Shown in pieces: positions 46,605 to 56,645 of a stretch of 64,000 nt of DNA. The notes below the pieces were generated by a model. That model did no database searches, was not told where the DNA came from, and saw only the letters and a program-made list of their open reading frames with translations. This stretch comes from a virus (taxonomy: Duplodnaviria; Caudoviricetes). Numbering within the stretch: the first letter of the stretch is position 1; every line of letters begins with the position of its first letter. The position numbers were made by a program, and so were the translations under genes. The DNA lies in IMG/VR virus record IMGVR_UViG_2596583600_000002, positions 1 through 64,000 of that record; one strand, given 5' to 3'.

Positions 46605-47311
46605 GAGAACATCTCCTGTTCAATTCTGCGTTCAGTGGGGATCACAACCGGCATGGCCGCCAGCGTGTCATGATATTGGCGGGCGCGTTCTTCGATGCGC
46701 GATTCGAAAGAGGCCGCAGCGGCCACAATCGCGTCCTGAATTTCGGCGTTCGGATAGACGCGCTTCACGAACATCGGCAGGCCGCCGCTATAGGATACGA
46801 AGTCGATCCACTCGCGTTCAGACACCAGAAGCCCGGTCTGCAATTGCAGCGTGAACTCGTCCGGGACTTCATTTTCGGCGATGGTCTGGATCTGGTATTT
46901 CGCACGGCGGCTCTTGCACTCGATCAGACCATCATCGCCGACAAGTCCATCGGGGCTGTAGCCGATGGTGAATCCCCATTTGTCGTTCGTGATGAAACCG
47001 ACTTCCGTGACCGGCGCGAAATGCTTCGAATATTGCAGCCGCGCCTCGATCTCGTCATCGCGACCGCGCAGCATGTCGTCACTCACATAATGCGGTTCGA
47101 CATAATCCGTGATCCGCTGGGCCAGCAGTTCGAATAGATGCGTCCGTTCCTTGTCGTTGCTGGCATATTTCAGCGTCTTGGCGGTCAGGATATGTTTGAT
47201 CTCGCTCGCGCACAGGATGCCGAGGCGCTGCGCCAGCCATTCGTCCGTGCCCTGGATGAGTTCGGCGTGATATACGGGGCCAGTGGCCCCTATCTGCGAA
47301 ACCGCGTTCAC
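46601..47311 (-). CDS. YqaJ/lambda-type exonuclease
   Basis: QGTDEWL..RLG...ASE, SPDGLVG...IECK. Confidence 0.92.
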   Translation of the reverse strand: MNAVSQIGATGPVYHAELIQGTDEWLAQRLGILCASEIKHILTAKTLKYASNDKERTHLFELLAQRITDYVEPHYVSDDMLRGRDDEIEARLQYSKHFAPVTEVGFITNDKWGFTIGYSPDGLVGDDGLIECKSRRAKYQIQTIAENEVPDEFTLQLQTGLLVSEREWIDFVSYSGGLPMFVKRVYPNAEIQDAIVAAAASFESRIEERARQYHDTLAAMPVVIPTERRIEQEMFS

Positions 47312-47441
47312 AACCCACCTCCAAGCACCATCCCAATGAACAGGGCGCAGAGAAGCAGAGACGCCTTATCGAAGGCGGTAAGCGGGATGCAGATGTGGCC
47401 TTCGGGGGCGGCCAGGGCTGCGTGGGCTTTGTGGAGGGTGG

Positions 47442-47714
47442 TCATCGACGTAACTCCATCTTTTGCTGAAAGGCGGCGCGATGCTGCTCATCCATGGTCA
47501 CGGGCGGCTCGCCCTCGCACATGTCGGAGAAGGCGTCGGCGGCCGCGTCGTCCATCTCGTCCTGCGTCATGGGGCGCCAGCCGTGGCCGCAGCATGTTTC
47601 GCACTCGACCTCATAGATGCCGGGTCCAAGGCGAGGCTGACGCTTCATGGTGAAGCCGCTGCCGTCGCAGTCGGTGCATTCCACATCGGGAGCGAAGCCG
47701 CTGAGATAGTCCAT
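47442..47714 (-). CDS. Small zinc-finger protein
   Basis: CTDCDGSG...CETCCGHG. Confidence 0.6.
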   Translation of the reverse strand: MDYLSGFAPDVECTDCDGSGFTMKRQPRLGPGIYEVECETCCGHGWRPMTQDEMDDAAADAFSDMCEGEPPVTMDEQHRAAFQQKMELRR

Positions 47715-47718
47715 CGCC

Positions 47719-48072
47719 CTACCCCTTCACCGGCAGAGCATCGACCGCATCACGGAAGGACGCAGGGGCAGCATCATGCTCTTTTATCAGAGCGATTACC
47801 GCGTTCTTCACTTCCGCAGCGGTCTTGAGAACCTTCTGCTGCTCCTTGGCCTTTTCGACCTGGACGAACATATCGGCTATGGCGGCTTCGAGAGTGTCGC
47901 CATTACCATGGCAACTAATATCCCGAACAACATCACCCTTCGGCCAGTAGCAAGATGCGCCCCAATTCCTGAGGCCATGGGTGCCGGGCGTGTAAACCGT
48001 CAAGCCGGGTACGCCCTGAATGGAAGCGAGAAAATCCTGCGCGACCTGCGCCTTGTCGTTGGTATCAACCAT
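47719..48072 (-). CDS. Hypothetical phage protein
   Basis: GGGAG RBS. Confidence 0.6.
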   Translation of the reverse strand: MVDTNDKAQVAQDFLASIQGVPGLTVYTPGTHGLRNWGASCYWPKGDVVRDISCHGNGDTLEAAIADMFVQVEKAKEQQKVLKTAAEVKNAVIALIKEHDAAPASFRDAVDALPVKG

Positions 48073-48719
48073 GTTCAATCTCCCTCAACTGCCGACGAAG
48101 GCGCGGCAGGGCTAAAAGTGCGCTCATGGAGCGTTCGAATTGCTGCACCTGGCTGCGCGGAAGTGGATTGCTCAGGCGGCTGAACTTGCGGGTTTCTTCC
48201 TGCGTGGCGGCAAGCTGACGAGCGATCTCGTCTTTCCGCTCCAGCCGCTGGCGATCTTCCCGATCCGCGACGTGCTGGCAGTGATTGCCGTCGAAATAGC
48301 TGGCCTCAGAGTAGAGGGTCACAGTCCCAACCCTCCCAGGATCATCCCGATCACCAGCGAGCACAGCGAGAGCGTGACAGTCTCCGTCACCGTAAGGCGG
48401 ATGCTGGACCAGCCGTCGGGGTCGGTCAGGGCGGATAGGGCCTGGTGGAAGGTGGTCATAAAACCTCCATATTCCTCGCCCCGGTGAGGACCGGGGTCCG
48501 GGGGCGTTAGAAATTCCAGGGGGTGGCACCCATGCCCTTCGCGACAGCGCGGGCTTCACGCTTGCTGATGACGTGGATCGTCTCGACATGCTCGCGCTGG
48601 CCGTTGCTGATGCGAACGATGTCCAGCACGGGGGCCTTGGCGCGGGTGCCTGTGTAAAATTCTGCTGCGAGGGTCATCTTCATCTCCGTCTCAGGCCCGA
48701 TTGCCTTTCGATGGAGGTG

Positions 48720-48773
48720 TTATAGGTTGGTTTAATCCAACCCGTCAAGAGAAAAGGTTGGGTCGGTCCAACT
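48720..48773 (-). promoter_or_regulatory. PL/OL-like promoter with two GGTTGG-N6-CCAAC operators
   Basis: Operators at 48725-48742 and 48756-48773; minus strand reads TTGACG-17-CTATAA. Confidence 0.8.
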
Positions 48774-49145
48774 TTCTTCTCCCCCGCCCGCGAATCACCT
48801 GCTGGCGGCGGAGAAGCAGGACGGGCCGGGGGATTTGGGAATGCGCTGACGGGCGAGGCGCTTAAGCTGGGCGGGAGCGGGAATAAGAAAGGGCAGCGCG
48901 ACCGGGGAACCCCAATCCAGACGCTGCCCTTATCGACGTCCGGCGATCAACCCGGACGGCCTTGCAAGTAAGGTCTTCAAGACGCGGCCAGCGCGAAGCT
49001 ACGACCAAAGAGACGGCCTAACCGCGTAATGATTGATGCTATACGTCCTGAAGCCCGCCATGTCCAATCCGTCCAATGCGAATCGGTTATGCCTCGATAC
49101 CGTTATTCTGCGACCCGAAGGTAGAGTGACACTCCGCCTTTCACT

Positions 49146-49180
49146 GGCCCGGTGGTTTCGACTACCGGGCCGTTTTTTTG
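49146..49180. terminator. Intrinsic terminator hairpin
   Basis: GGCCCGGTGG-TTTCGA-CTACCGGGCC followed by a T-run. Confidence 0.7.
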
Positions 49181-49184
49181 GGCA

Positions 49185-49348
49185 GCCGAAAGCCATTGAG
49201 CGAGGTGGATCGCTACCTGGGGGTGTATCCACGTCCCACGGTGCTCATTGGCACCAGCCGTAATGGATTGCACAATGAGGTCCCTGCTAATCTGCAGGGA
49301 CCCCTCCAATTCCGCTTTTGTTGAGATGATCAGCGCCGACGACTGCAA
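49185..49348 (-). pseudogene. KilA-N domain remnant
   Basis: GTWIHPQVAIHLAQWLS signature without the rest of the gene. Confidence 0.75.
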
Positions 49349-49366
49349 GGGAGAGGTTGCGGTGCA

Positions 49367-49708
49367 CTACCCTGCGGCGAGAATACCGAGCTTGGACAAG
49401 ACTGTAAGCACAGCGATCACTAAGGCTGCGCCACCACTGACTGCGGTCACAATGAAACCTTTTCCCGCCATGGTCGCCTTGATAACAGCGATATCGGCTG
49501 GCATCGGCTCAGTGCGCGCGTCGATCCTGTCCACCTGCTTTACCAGATGGGCAACGTCAGATTCCAACTTGGCGACACGCGCATCCATGCCTCCAGATGT
49601 GCCATCTCCGCCGCCAGATTTCAAGGCTTCCATCTGACGGTGAAGCTCGTTGTTGGCCGCCGTTAGTTCGCGATCCGCCGCATCGAAGGGGTATAGATTG
49701 CCCATCAT
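49367..49708 (-). CDS. Coiled-coil protein with C-terminal TM (immunity-region moron)
   Basis: GGGDGTSGGM.ARVAKLE; hydrophobic C-terminus. Confidence 0.65.
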   Translation of the reverse strand: MMGNLYPFDAADRELTAANNELHRQMEALKSGGGDGTSGGMDARVAKLESDVAHLVKQVDRIDARTEPMPADIAVIKATMAGKGFIVTAVSGGAALVIAVLTVLSKLGILAAG

Positions 49709-49926
49709 TCTTCCTTACCGCCGATTTCATCAATCGCTGATGACAATGCTTTCATCGCATCAAAATATCGATTCAACTCAGCATAAGCGGCCTGATCTTC
49801 ACCGTTAAGAATGCGGGCTTGGATCGCACTAAGGGCATTGGCGACCCCCATGAATCTTATTCCCAATTTGATTACATCACCCTTGGTTGCGGGTTCTGCC
49901 CAGGCGGAAAATCCATCGCTCATCAA
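49705..49926 (-). CDS. Hypothetical moron protein
   Basis: GGAGG RBS; ATGA coupling. Confidence 0.6.
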   Translation of the reverse strand: MMSDGFSAWAEPATKGDVIKLGIRFMGVANALSAIQARILNGEDQAAYAELNRYFDAMKALSSAIDEIGGKEE

Positions 49927-50053
49927 TGCCTCCGCGCCGACCAGATGAACCGGCCAAAAATAGTCTTAATCATCGTCCTGCCAGCCTTTCATCCACAGCT
50001 ATTCCGCCCCTCCCCGGCTGTGATCTTTCCTATTTGTTCACCCCTCCATATGA

Positions 50054-50068
50054 GAACAGATGCAGAAC
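50054..50068. promoter_or_regulatory. LexA (SOS) box
   Basis: GAAC-agatgca-GAAC. Confidence 0.75.
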
Positions 50069-50089
50069 ATCGAATCGGAGACGGGAAGG

Positions 50090-50386
50090 ATGGACAGACG
50101 AACGGAGCCGATTTTGGCTGAGCCTGCTTGTGGGGCGGGGTGTGAAATCTGCTTTGTGGAATGCGCCGCTCTGCTCAATTTAATTGCTCGGCTTCGCCGC
50201 CAGCATGAGATGCTTCTGCGGGAATTGAGCCTGCGGCCTCACGGCTCCGGTTATGAAGATCTATCATATCTCGAAGAGCATCTGGAAACTGCACAGCGAG
50301 CTTTCGAGCGCGTCCGTCCTCGTATGGATCGATCCCCACCGAGTTCAGCAGCAGACCAAATGTTGCTGTCAGCACGGATGCATTAG
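50090..50386 (+). CDS. Candidate SOS-controlled protein antisense to the repressor
   Basis: GGAG/GGAAGG RBS after the LexA box; C...C..C...C motif. Confidence 0.5.
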   Translation: MDRRTEPILAEPACGAGCEICFVECAALLNLIARLRRQHEMLLRELSLRPHGSGYEDLSYLEEHLETAQRAFERVRPRMDRSPPSSAADQMLLSARMH

Positions 50387-50615
50387 GGAGCGCCGTTGAA
50401 GCTCCGGGCAGAAGGTCGCAGACGCTTATCTCAAGCGCATTGGCAAGGCGCGTCAGGGTGGACAGCTTAATGTCCCTCCCGTCCTCCAATATCTCCTTTA
50501 CCAAAGATTTGCTCTTGCCCACCTGTTGAGAGAGCGTCGTTGGAGCAATGCCCTTTCGCGCGATTTCACGAGCAAGCGCATCCCTTACAAAACTGAAATC
50601 ATAGTCCGTCGCCAT
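50175..50615 (-). CDS. XRE-family prophage repressor without a peptidase domain
   Basis: HTH ...LS..VG...LSTL..LA.AL.IS..DL; divergent from cro. Confidence 0.8.
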   Translation of the reverse strand: MATDYDFSFVRDALAREIARKGIAPTTLSQQVGKSKSLVKEILEDGRDIKLSTLTRLANALEISVCDLLPGASTALPNASVLTATFGLLLNSVGIDPYEDGRARKLAVQFPDALRDMIDLHNRSREAAGSIPAEASHAGGEAEQLN

Positions 50616-50668
50616 GGGGCCTTTTTCCCACGGGTTGGACGTATCTGGATAGGTCCGCGCAATCCAAC

Positions 50669-50697
50669 TTGACGGGTTGGGTCTATCCAACCTATAA
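50669..50697 (+). promoter_or_regulatory. PR/OR-like promoter-operator
   Basis: TTGACG-GGTTGGgtctatCCAAC-CTATAA, same architecture as 48720-48748. Confidence 0.8.
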
Positions 50698-50705
50698 GAT
50701 GGCTC

Positions 50706-50909
50706 ATGGCTGATCTTATTCACGACATCGAAGCGTTCTGTGCAAAGCAGAAAATGTCTCCATGGCAATTCGGCCTGCTGGCGCTCAACGATAAGCCCTT
50801 TGTGAAGCAGGTTCGGAATGGTCGGCGGGTATGGCCCGACACCGAGGCAAAAATCCGCCACTTCATGGCCACCTACCGCCCCGCCAAGACCGAGGAGCGC
50901 GCAGCATGA
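50706..50909 (+). CDS. Cro-like protein
   Basis: LI.DIEAF.....MS...FG..A.ND..FV..VR.GR. Confidence 0.85.
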   Translation: MADLIHDIEAFCAKQKMSPWQFGLLALNDKPFVKQVRNGRRVWPDTEAKIRHFMATYRPAKTEERAA

Positions 50910-51349
50910 GCGGGGATATTCTCGCGGCCAACAGCGCCATCATGGCTGATGTCATCCGCTTTCTCCGCGCCAATTCTTCCGAGCGTATTCGCGCAGTTCG
51001 GCAAGCACGGGAGAATATCGAATTTCGAGCACGTCTCGAAAATAGTCCTGCGCCGCACTCTCGCCGGGAGCGCTGAAATGGTAAGTGAGGCTGTTAGCGA
51101 AATCGTCAACGTCCTTTGGGCTTGCCAAGCCCCGGTTGACGAGCACCCGCATTGCGTTTGTTCCGGCTGTGAGGCCAGCAAGCGCCATCGCAGTAACGGC
51201 GGTAACCACTTCATCATCCATCCCGAATCTCCTTCGGGAGGCACGATAGCATGAGCGCGCCCTATCGCATCCGCCACCCCTTCCAGCCTCTCGCCACCCT
51301 CGCCTTCTGGTGGGGCATCCTCCGCATGTTCGTGACGGGGAGGGCGTAG

Positions 51350-51649
51350 ATGGCCCACATCTGGAAAGCTGGCGATCTGGCACGGTGCGTCATTGATGAC
51401 GACTGCCCTATCTTCCCAACCAGCAGCCGCCGGGTAAAGGGCGCTGTTTATCGTGTAATGGACGTGAAGACCATCAACGATGTCTACGGCAACCCGGTGG
51501 TCGGATTGAAGATGGATCGGCACAATCCGGTTCATCCGGTCACCGGCAAGAAAGGCTATAGCAGCCACATTTGCTTCCGTCCCATCCTCCCCGCTGAACC
51601 TGCCTTCACCGAAGCCATGCGCCACCTGCGCCCCAAGGTGGAGGCATAG
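51350..51649 (+). CDS. Hypothetical phage protein
   Basis: WKAGDLA.C...FRPI. Confidence 0.6.
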   Translation: MAHIWKAGDLARCVIDDDCPIFPTSSRRVKGAVYRVMDVKTINDVYGNPVVGLKMDRHNPVHPVTGKKGYSSHICFRPILPAEPAFTEAMRHLRPKVEA

Positions 51650-51838
51650 ATGCGCCCGGATCGCACTTCCGAAGAGGAACGCGACTTCCTCCGCTATTAC
51701 GCCCGCGTACTGCTGCGTGAGGCAAAGGCGCGTCGTGGGACTGCGTTCGCGCACATTCTCATGGCTGGTGCCGCTCGCGCCCGCCGCGAAGCTATGTCCA
51801 TCCGTCCGGCTCAGGCCGATCTGTTCGGAGGGATATAG
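51650..51838 (+). CDS. Hypothetical phage protein
   Basis: GGAGG RBS; C-terminal QADLF resembles a beta-clamp motif. Confidence 0.55.
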   Translation: MRPDRTSEEERDFLRYYARVLLREAKARRGTAFAHILMAGAARARREAMSIRPAQADLFGGI

Positions 51839-52070
51839 GCGATGCAGCACCCTTCGCGCGGCCTCACCGAGTGTGATTTCACCGCCGATGACATCGCGGT
51901 CATGGCTGAACGCCGGTTCGGCTGGGAAGATGCTTCCTGCGCCACGCTCGCGCTGATCTTCGGCACCACGCCGCAGCATGTCGCGGCCCTCACCAATTCC
52001 TTCCGCACCGGGCACGGCCACAATCCGGCCCGGTGCGGTTCTGATTTCCTTTCTTGCCATGAGGTTATCC

Positions 52071-52742
52071 ATGGAATCCGTTAAACTTGGTCCAATCAGC
52101 AAAGCGATAAAATCTGGCAAAACTTATCTGGATTATGTCGAAGAGTGTCGCCATCGCCGTGCTCAAAAGCCACGTGCCAGGGCGTTCAAGCCTAGAGGGG
52201 CTTATCGCAAACGGTCGCATCCTGTCCTGATTTCGGTCTGCAAAGGCATCGCAACCTTCGAGGCCAACGCCCAAAGACAATTCATAGTGGATGTAACCGA
52301 CATCCCATTGGTTTCCAGATTGGGAGTTTTTTCGGACGGCATTCGGCTGATTGTCAAAGTCGGCGATCGCCGGACCATGTTGGCCCGCATACTGCTTGAC
52401 GCTCCCGCAAGCTCTTGGGTTGATCACATAAATGGCGACCCGACAGACAATCGCCGCGACAATCTCAGGCTGTGCAATCCCCAACAAAATGCGAGGAATA
52501 TGGGCGTTCGTCGTGACATTGGCAGCCTTCAATCGCGATTCAAAGGCGTGTGCCGGATTGGTAAAAAATGGCGGGCTTACATCTACTTGAACAAGAGACA
52601 GGCGCACCTTGGTACCTTCGCCGATGAGGTGATGGCAGCGCGCGCCTATGACGCAGCAGCGAGAGCCCACTTCGGCTCCTTCTGCTGCGTGAACTTCCCT
52701 GAAAATGGCGAACAATCTGCACATCGTGGGGAGGATAAGTAA
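52071..52742 (+). CDS. HNH endonuclease with AP2 domain
   Basis: VDHINGD..DNRR.NLR...QN.RN; SRFKGV...WRA.I...HLG.F..E..AARAYD.AA. Confidence 0.92.
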   Translation: MESVKLGPISKAIKSGKTYLDYVEECRHRRAQKPRARAFKPRGAYRKRSHPVLISVCKGIATFEANAQRQFIVDVTDIPLVSRLGVFSDGIRLIVKVGDRRTMLARILLDAPASSWVDHINGDPTDNRRDNLRLCNPQQNARNMGVRRDIGSLQSRFKGVCRIGKKWRAYIYLNKRQAHLGTFADEVMAARAYDAAARAHFGSFCCVNFPENGEQSAHRGEDK

Positions 52743-53239
52743 TGTTGCGAAGCAGCAATGTCTTGCCGCGCCCAATCGCGCTCACACAAACTTCTATGCA
52801 GAACGCGGTCGCCAGCATCGTGAAGGGCATCCAGTCCGACACTGGTGAAAGCGATCAGGATACGGCGGATCGCCTTGGCGTTTCGGCGGGCACCATCGCC
52901 AATGCGCGCAATGGCAAGGCGTCTTTGTCCATGCTGACGGTCATGAAGATCGGTGAGGTCTATGGCCTCGAACGTCTCGCGCCCCTGTTCCACCTGATCG
53001 GCGGCAAGCTGGCTCCAGAGGCGGCGGTCTGCACGTCCGATCGCGACCTGCCTATCGGAGCGGCGCGAGGGCAAATGTTCCTTGCCGAGGCGCTGGCGGA
53101 CAACCGGATTGACGATACCGAACTGGCGAAGGGCGCGGAGGATATCGAAGCGGCGGGTCAAGTGTTCGATGCTCTGCGCTATCGGCTGAATGTCCTGCGC
53201 GCGTCGGGGATCATCGTTACTCGCATGGGAGGGCGGTGA
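52742..53239 (+). CDS. CII-like HTH regulator
   Basis: ADRLGVSAGTIANARNG; ALAD.RID..E. Confidence 0.65.
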   Translation: MLRSSNVLPRPIALTQTSMQNAVASIVKGIQSDTGESDQDTADRLGVSAGTIANARNGKASLSMLTVMKIGEVYGLERLAPLFHLIGGKLAPEAAVCTSDRDLPIGAARGQMFLAEALADNRIDDTELAKGAEDIEAAGQVFDALRYRLNVLRASGIIVTRMGGR

Positions 53240-53742
53240 TGAACACGGAAACCGCGCTCAAGGAAGCCGGACGGAAGGCGGGCGGCGACCGCCCTCCCAT
53301 CACGGCGCAGGAACAGGACCGCATCGTGGAGATGCTGCGCACCATGCCCATAGCCGATGTGCGGAGGCAATCGCGCCGCCCCTATTCGACGCTTTGTAAG
53401 ATTGCGAGGGTGGCGCTGTGAGTATCCTGACCCTCACCCGCGATATGGCGGTCAATCCGGCCCTGTTCGACCTCACCCTACATGTCTGGCGCAACCGGAT
53501 GCGCGCCACTGTGACGAAACGCGACCAGGCAGGGAGGTTTTCCCGGTGATGAGACAACGCATCCAGAAAAACGACGCCATCACCGTTGCGGCGGCGCGGT
53601 CGCAATTGAAGCTGCTGCTCGCCAATGCCCGGTCGCTGGACAATCTGACGCCCGAGATACTGGTGCGGTCCTACCGCGTTCCCTTGCGCGAAATTGAATA
53701 TGAACTGGTCATGGAACGCCAACGCCGGGAGGCGCGAGGCTG

Positions 53743-54102
53743 ATGGCGCAGAGCGAAATCCAGATTCAAACATTGTTTCGCAGCCGGGCGCGCATCCTGT
53801 GTCCAGGCGTCGCCATAGTCGCTGTGCCCAATGCCGCGAAACGCTCGCGTTGGGCTGCGACGCAGGTGAAGCGTGAAGGGCTGGCGACAGGTTTCCCCGA
53901 CCTCATTTGCTTCTGGTTCGGTGGCGGGGTGGCGGCAATCGAGTTCAAGAGCGCCAAGGGCCGCCTGACTGAAAACCAGTCGGAATGGATCGAGCGGCTC
54001 AACGACATGAGCATCCCGGCAACCGTCGCGCGCGATCCTGACGCCGCGCTGGAGTTTCTGCGCGGACAGGGCGCGCCGTTCATTGGAAGGATTTCAGCAT
54101 GA
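53743..54102 (+). CDS. VRR-NUC nuclease
   Basis: E..IQ, VPN, G...GFPDL, IEFK...GRL...Q..W. Confidence 0.9.
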   Translation: MAQSEIQIQTLFRSRARILCPGVAIVAVPNAAKRSRWAATQVKREGLATGFPDLICFWFGGGVAAIEFKSAKGRLTENQSEWIERLNDMSIPATVARDPDAALEFLRGQGAPFIGRISA

Positions 54103-54353
54103 CAGGCGTTGGCCACAATTCGAACGCAACCGATGATCGCCTGCGGCTCCTGATGGAGCGGATCGACCGCCTCGAAGAGGAAAAGAAAGGTATCAGCGAT
54201 GACATCCGCGATGTTTACGCGGAAGCGAAGGGCGTCGGCTATGACACCAAGATCATGCGCGCCGTCCGGTCCCGCGCGAAGATGGGTGAAAATGGCCGCG
54301 AAGAATATGACGCGCTGGTCGCGGCCTATGAAGCTGCATTGGGCGTCGCATAG
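54099..54353 (+). CDS. GapR-like (DUF2312) protein
   Basis: LRLLMERIDRLEEEKK.ISDDIRDVYAEAK..GYD.K. Confidence 0.92.
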   Translation: MTGVGHNSNATDDRLRLLMERIDRLEEEKKGISDDIRDVYAEAKGVGYDTKIMRAVRSRAKMGENGREEYDALVAAYEAALGVA

Positions 54354-54355
54354 CC

Positions 54356-55234
54356 GTGAGTGTCCACGAAGCGATATCAGACTTTCTCGCATTCATGCGC
54401 GCGGAAGGCGTCTCCCCGGACGATGCCACTGCGTTCATTGGCGATGTCACGTCTGGCGAGGTGGTCCGTTTCGATTGCGTGGGCGAACGGCGCGGCAGCA
54501 AGAATGGATGGGCGAAGCTCTATCTCGACGCCCGCCCCGCAGGCGCTTTCGGCAATTGGAAGCAGGGGATCAACCGCCGCTGGTCTTCTGGCGCGGCCAA
54601 TGAGCTATCTCCGCAGGAGCGGGCGTCCCTGCGCCGCGAATGGGACGACAAGAAGGCCGAGCGAGAGGCGATCCGCAGGGAGGCGCAATTCGGTGCGGGA
54701 CGGGATGCCGGGCACATCTGGGGCAATGCTGAGGCGGCGTCTCCTGCCCATCCCTATGTCCAGCGCAAGCGAATAGATCCGGCACCGCTGCGCCAGACCG
54801 GCAGCGACCTCCTGATCCCGATGTTTGATGATGAAGGGCGTCTTTGGAATGTGCAGCGTATCCTTCCTGACGGGAAAAAGCTCTTCCTCAAGGAAGCGCG
54901 GATTGACGGGCTGTTCACCATCATCGGCTCTTTCGCCGGCCATCGGGAAGCGGTGATCGGTGAGGGATATGCAACCCTGGACGCTGTGCACCAGTCGACC
55001 AGCCTTCCTTGTATTGTTGCCTTCAACACGTCCAACCTACCCAAGGTCGCACGGATATGGGCGGCGCGAAGGCCGGACCTGAATTTCATTCTCTTTGCCG
55101 ATGACGACGAGGCCACGGCGCAGAAAATATTGGCAGAGCGCGGGATCTACAAAAATCCCGGCATCGAAGCGGCAGAGGCCGTTGCAACCGAAATCGGCGC
55201 TAAAGTCGCCTACCCGCTCGGAAGGGCCGCATGA
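54356..55234 (+). CDS. Toprim-domain primase
   Basis: GAFGNW, HPY..RK.I, IGEGYAT, ADDD. Confidence 0.88.
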   Translation: MSVHEAISDFLAFMRAEGVSPDDATAFIGDVTSGEVVRFDCVGERRGSKNGWAKLYLDARPAGAFGNWKQGINRRWSSGAANELSPQERASLRREWDDKKAEREAIRREAQFGAGRDAGHIWGNAEAASPAHPYVQRKRIDPAPLRQTGSDLLIPMFDDEGRLWNVQRILPDGKKLFLKEARIDGLFTIIGSFAGHREAVIGEGYATLDAVHQSTSLPCIVAFNTSNLPKVARIWAARRPDLNFILFADDDEATAQKILAERGIYKNPGIEAAEAVATEIGAKVAYPLGRAA

Positions 55235-56544
55235 GCGTGGCAGAAAACAGGGACGCGAACGACGACTTTCTGCAATTTGGCGCGGAATCGATCCGTGCTG
55301 CCATAGCTGGCGCGCGCGACACATTGCCGCCATTCGCCCCCTATGCCGAAGAGGCCGATCCGGACGACGAGGCTCTGCCGGGCGTTCACAGCCCGCACGA
55401 ATGGTCAGGCAAGACGCCGCCCGTCCGTGAGTTCATCATACCCGGCTGGATTGTGCGCGGATCGTGCGGCCTGCTCAGCGGGCAAGAGGGCGTCGGTAAA
55501 TCCCTGATCGCGCAGCAGATGGCCACATGCGCCGCTGTCGGCCGTAAATTCCTTGGCCTTGATATCGCCCATTGTCCGGTGATCTATATCACTTGCGAAG
55601 ACCCCGCAGATGAGTTGTGGCGGCGGCAGGAAGATATCAACAAGTCGCTCGGCATCAGCATGGCGGACCTGGACGGCCAGTTGCTTCTTGTCTCCCTGAA
55701 AGGCCAGATCGGCAACGAACTCGCCGTATTCGACCAGCAGGGCCGGTTGTCGGTCTCGGCGCGCTACCGGCAAATCGAGAAGCTGGCACTGTCGTTCAAT
55801 GCGGGCCTGCTGTTCCTCGACAACGCGGCGCACCTTTTCACCGGCAACGAGAATGCCCGCCATGACGTTGCGGCCTTCCTTGGCCTGCTGGAGCGTCTGT
55901 CAGAGGCGATGTCAGGCGCGGTTGTGCTGCTCGCCCACCCCAACAAGCAGCATGCTCAGGGGGCCAAGCAGGGCAACGAATATAGCGGCTCCACAGGCTG
56001 GAGTGCGCATGTCCGCAACCGGCTGTTTCTCGACTGGGCCGAAAAAACCGAGGACGGTGATTTCATCGGCGACGATGGGCGCGTCCTGCGGAAGTCCAAG
56101 GCGAACTATGGCAAGAAAGGAGAGGAAATCTACTTCCGGTGGCATGAGTGGGCGTTCGTCCGCGACGATGACCTGCCGACCTCTACCCGCGATGAATTGC
56201 GCGAGGTGAGCCGGGCCAACCATGAGAATGAAGCATTCCTGATGTGCCTGAAGCAGCGCAACAGTGAAAAACGCCCCGTGTCTGAACAGCCAGCATCACG
56301 AACCTACGCACCGAAAGTCTTCGAAACCATGCCTGAAGCGCGTGGCTGCACGAAGGAGCAACTGACGGCGGCGATGGACCGGCTGTTCCGGATCGAGGCT
56401 ATCGAGCGTCGTTTTCTGTGGGTCGATAAGGGGGAAGGCAAGCCGCGATTTGGCCTCGCTGAGGTAGCAAAACGAACCGATTTGGTTTCCGCTGACCTCC
56501 CGCCGACCTCCCCTGATTTTCCGCTGACCTCGGAGGAAAACTAA
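55231..56544 (+). CDS. RepA/AAA_25 helicase
   Basis: GQEGVGKS, CED, LDN, AHP.K, SGST.W...R, KANY. Confidence 0.92.
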   Translation: MSVAENRDANDDFLQFGAESIRAAIAGARDTLPPFAPYAEEADPDDEALPGVHSPHEWSGKTPPVREFIIPGWIVRGSCGLLSGQEGVGKSLIAQQMATCAAVGRKFLGLDIAHCPVIYITCEDPADELWRRQEDINKSLGISMADLDGQLLLVSLKGQIGNELAVFDQQGRLSVSARYRQIEKLALSFNAGLLFLDNAAHLFTGNENARHDVAAFLGLLERLSEAMSGAVVLLAHPNKQHAQGAKQGNEYSGSTGWSAHVRNRLFLDWAEKTEDGDFIGDDGRVLRKSKANYGKKGEEIYFRWHEWAFVRDDDLPTSTRDELREVSRANHENEAFLMCLKQRNSEKRPVSEQPASRTYAPKVFETMPEARGCTKEQLTAAMDRLFRIEAIERRFLWVDKGEGKPRFGLAEVAKRTDLVSADLPPTSPDFPLTSEEN

Positions 56545-56645
56545 GAAAATGCTTATTTTTCAAACCGCTGACCTAAAACAGGCAATTCCCGCTGACCTCC
56601 CGCCGACGTACCGCCGACGTACCGCTGACCTCCCGCCGACCTCCC
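56489..56645 (+). repeat. Iteron-like 10-bp repeats CCGC(T/C)GACCT, probable replication origin
   Basis: About nine copies around the helicase stop, with an AT-rich spacer. Confidence 0.8.

Noticed and set aside
50873-52120. 415-aa minus-strand ORF
   Set aside because: Opposes several plus-strand genes with good RBSs; no motifs
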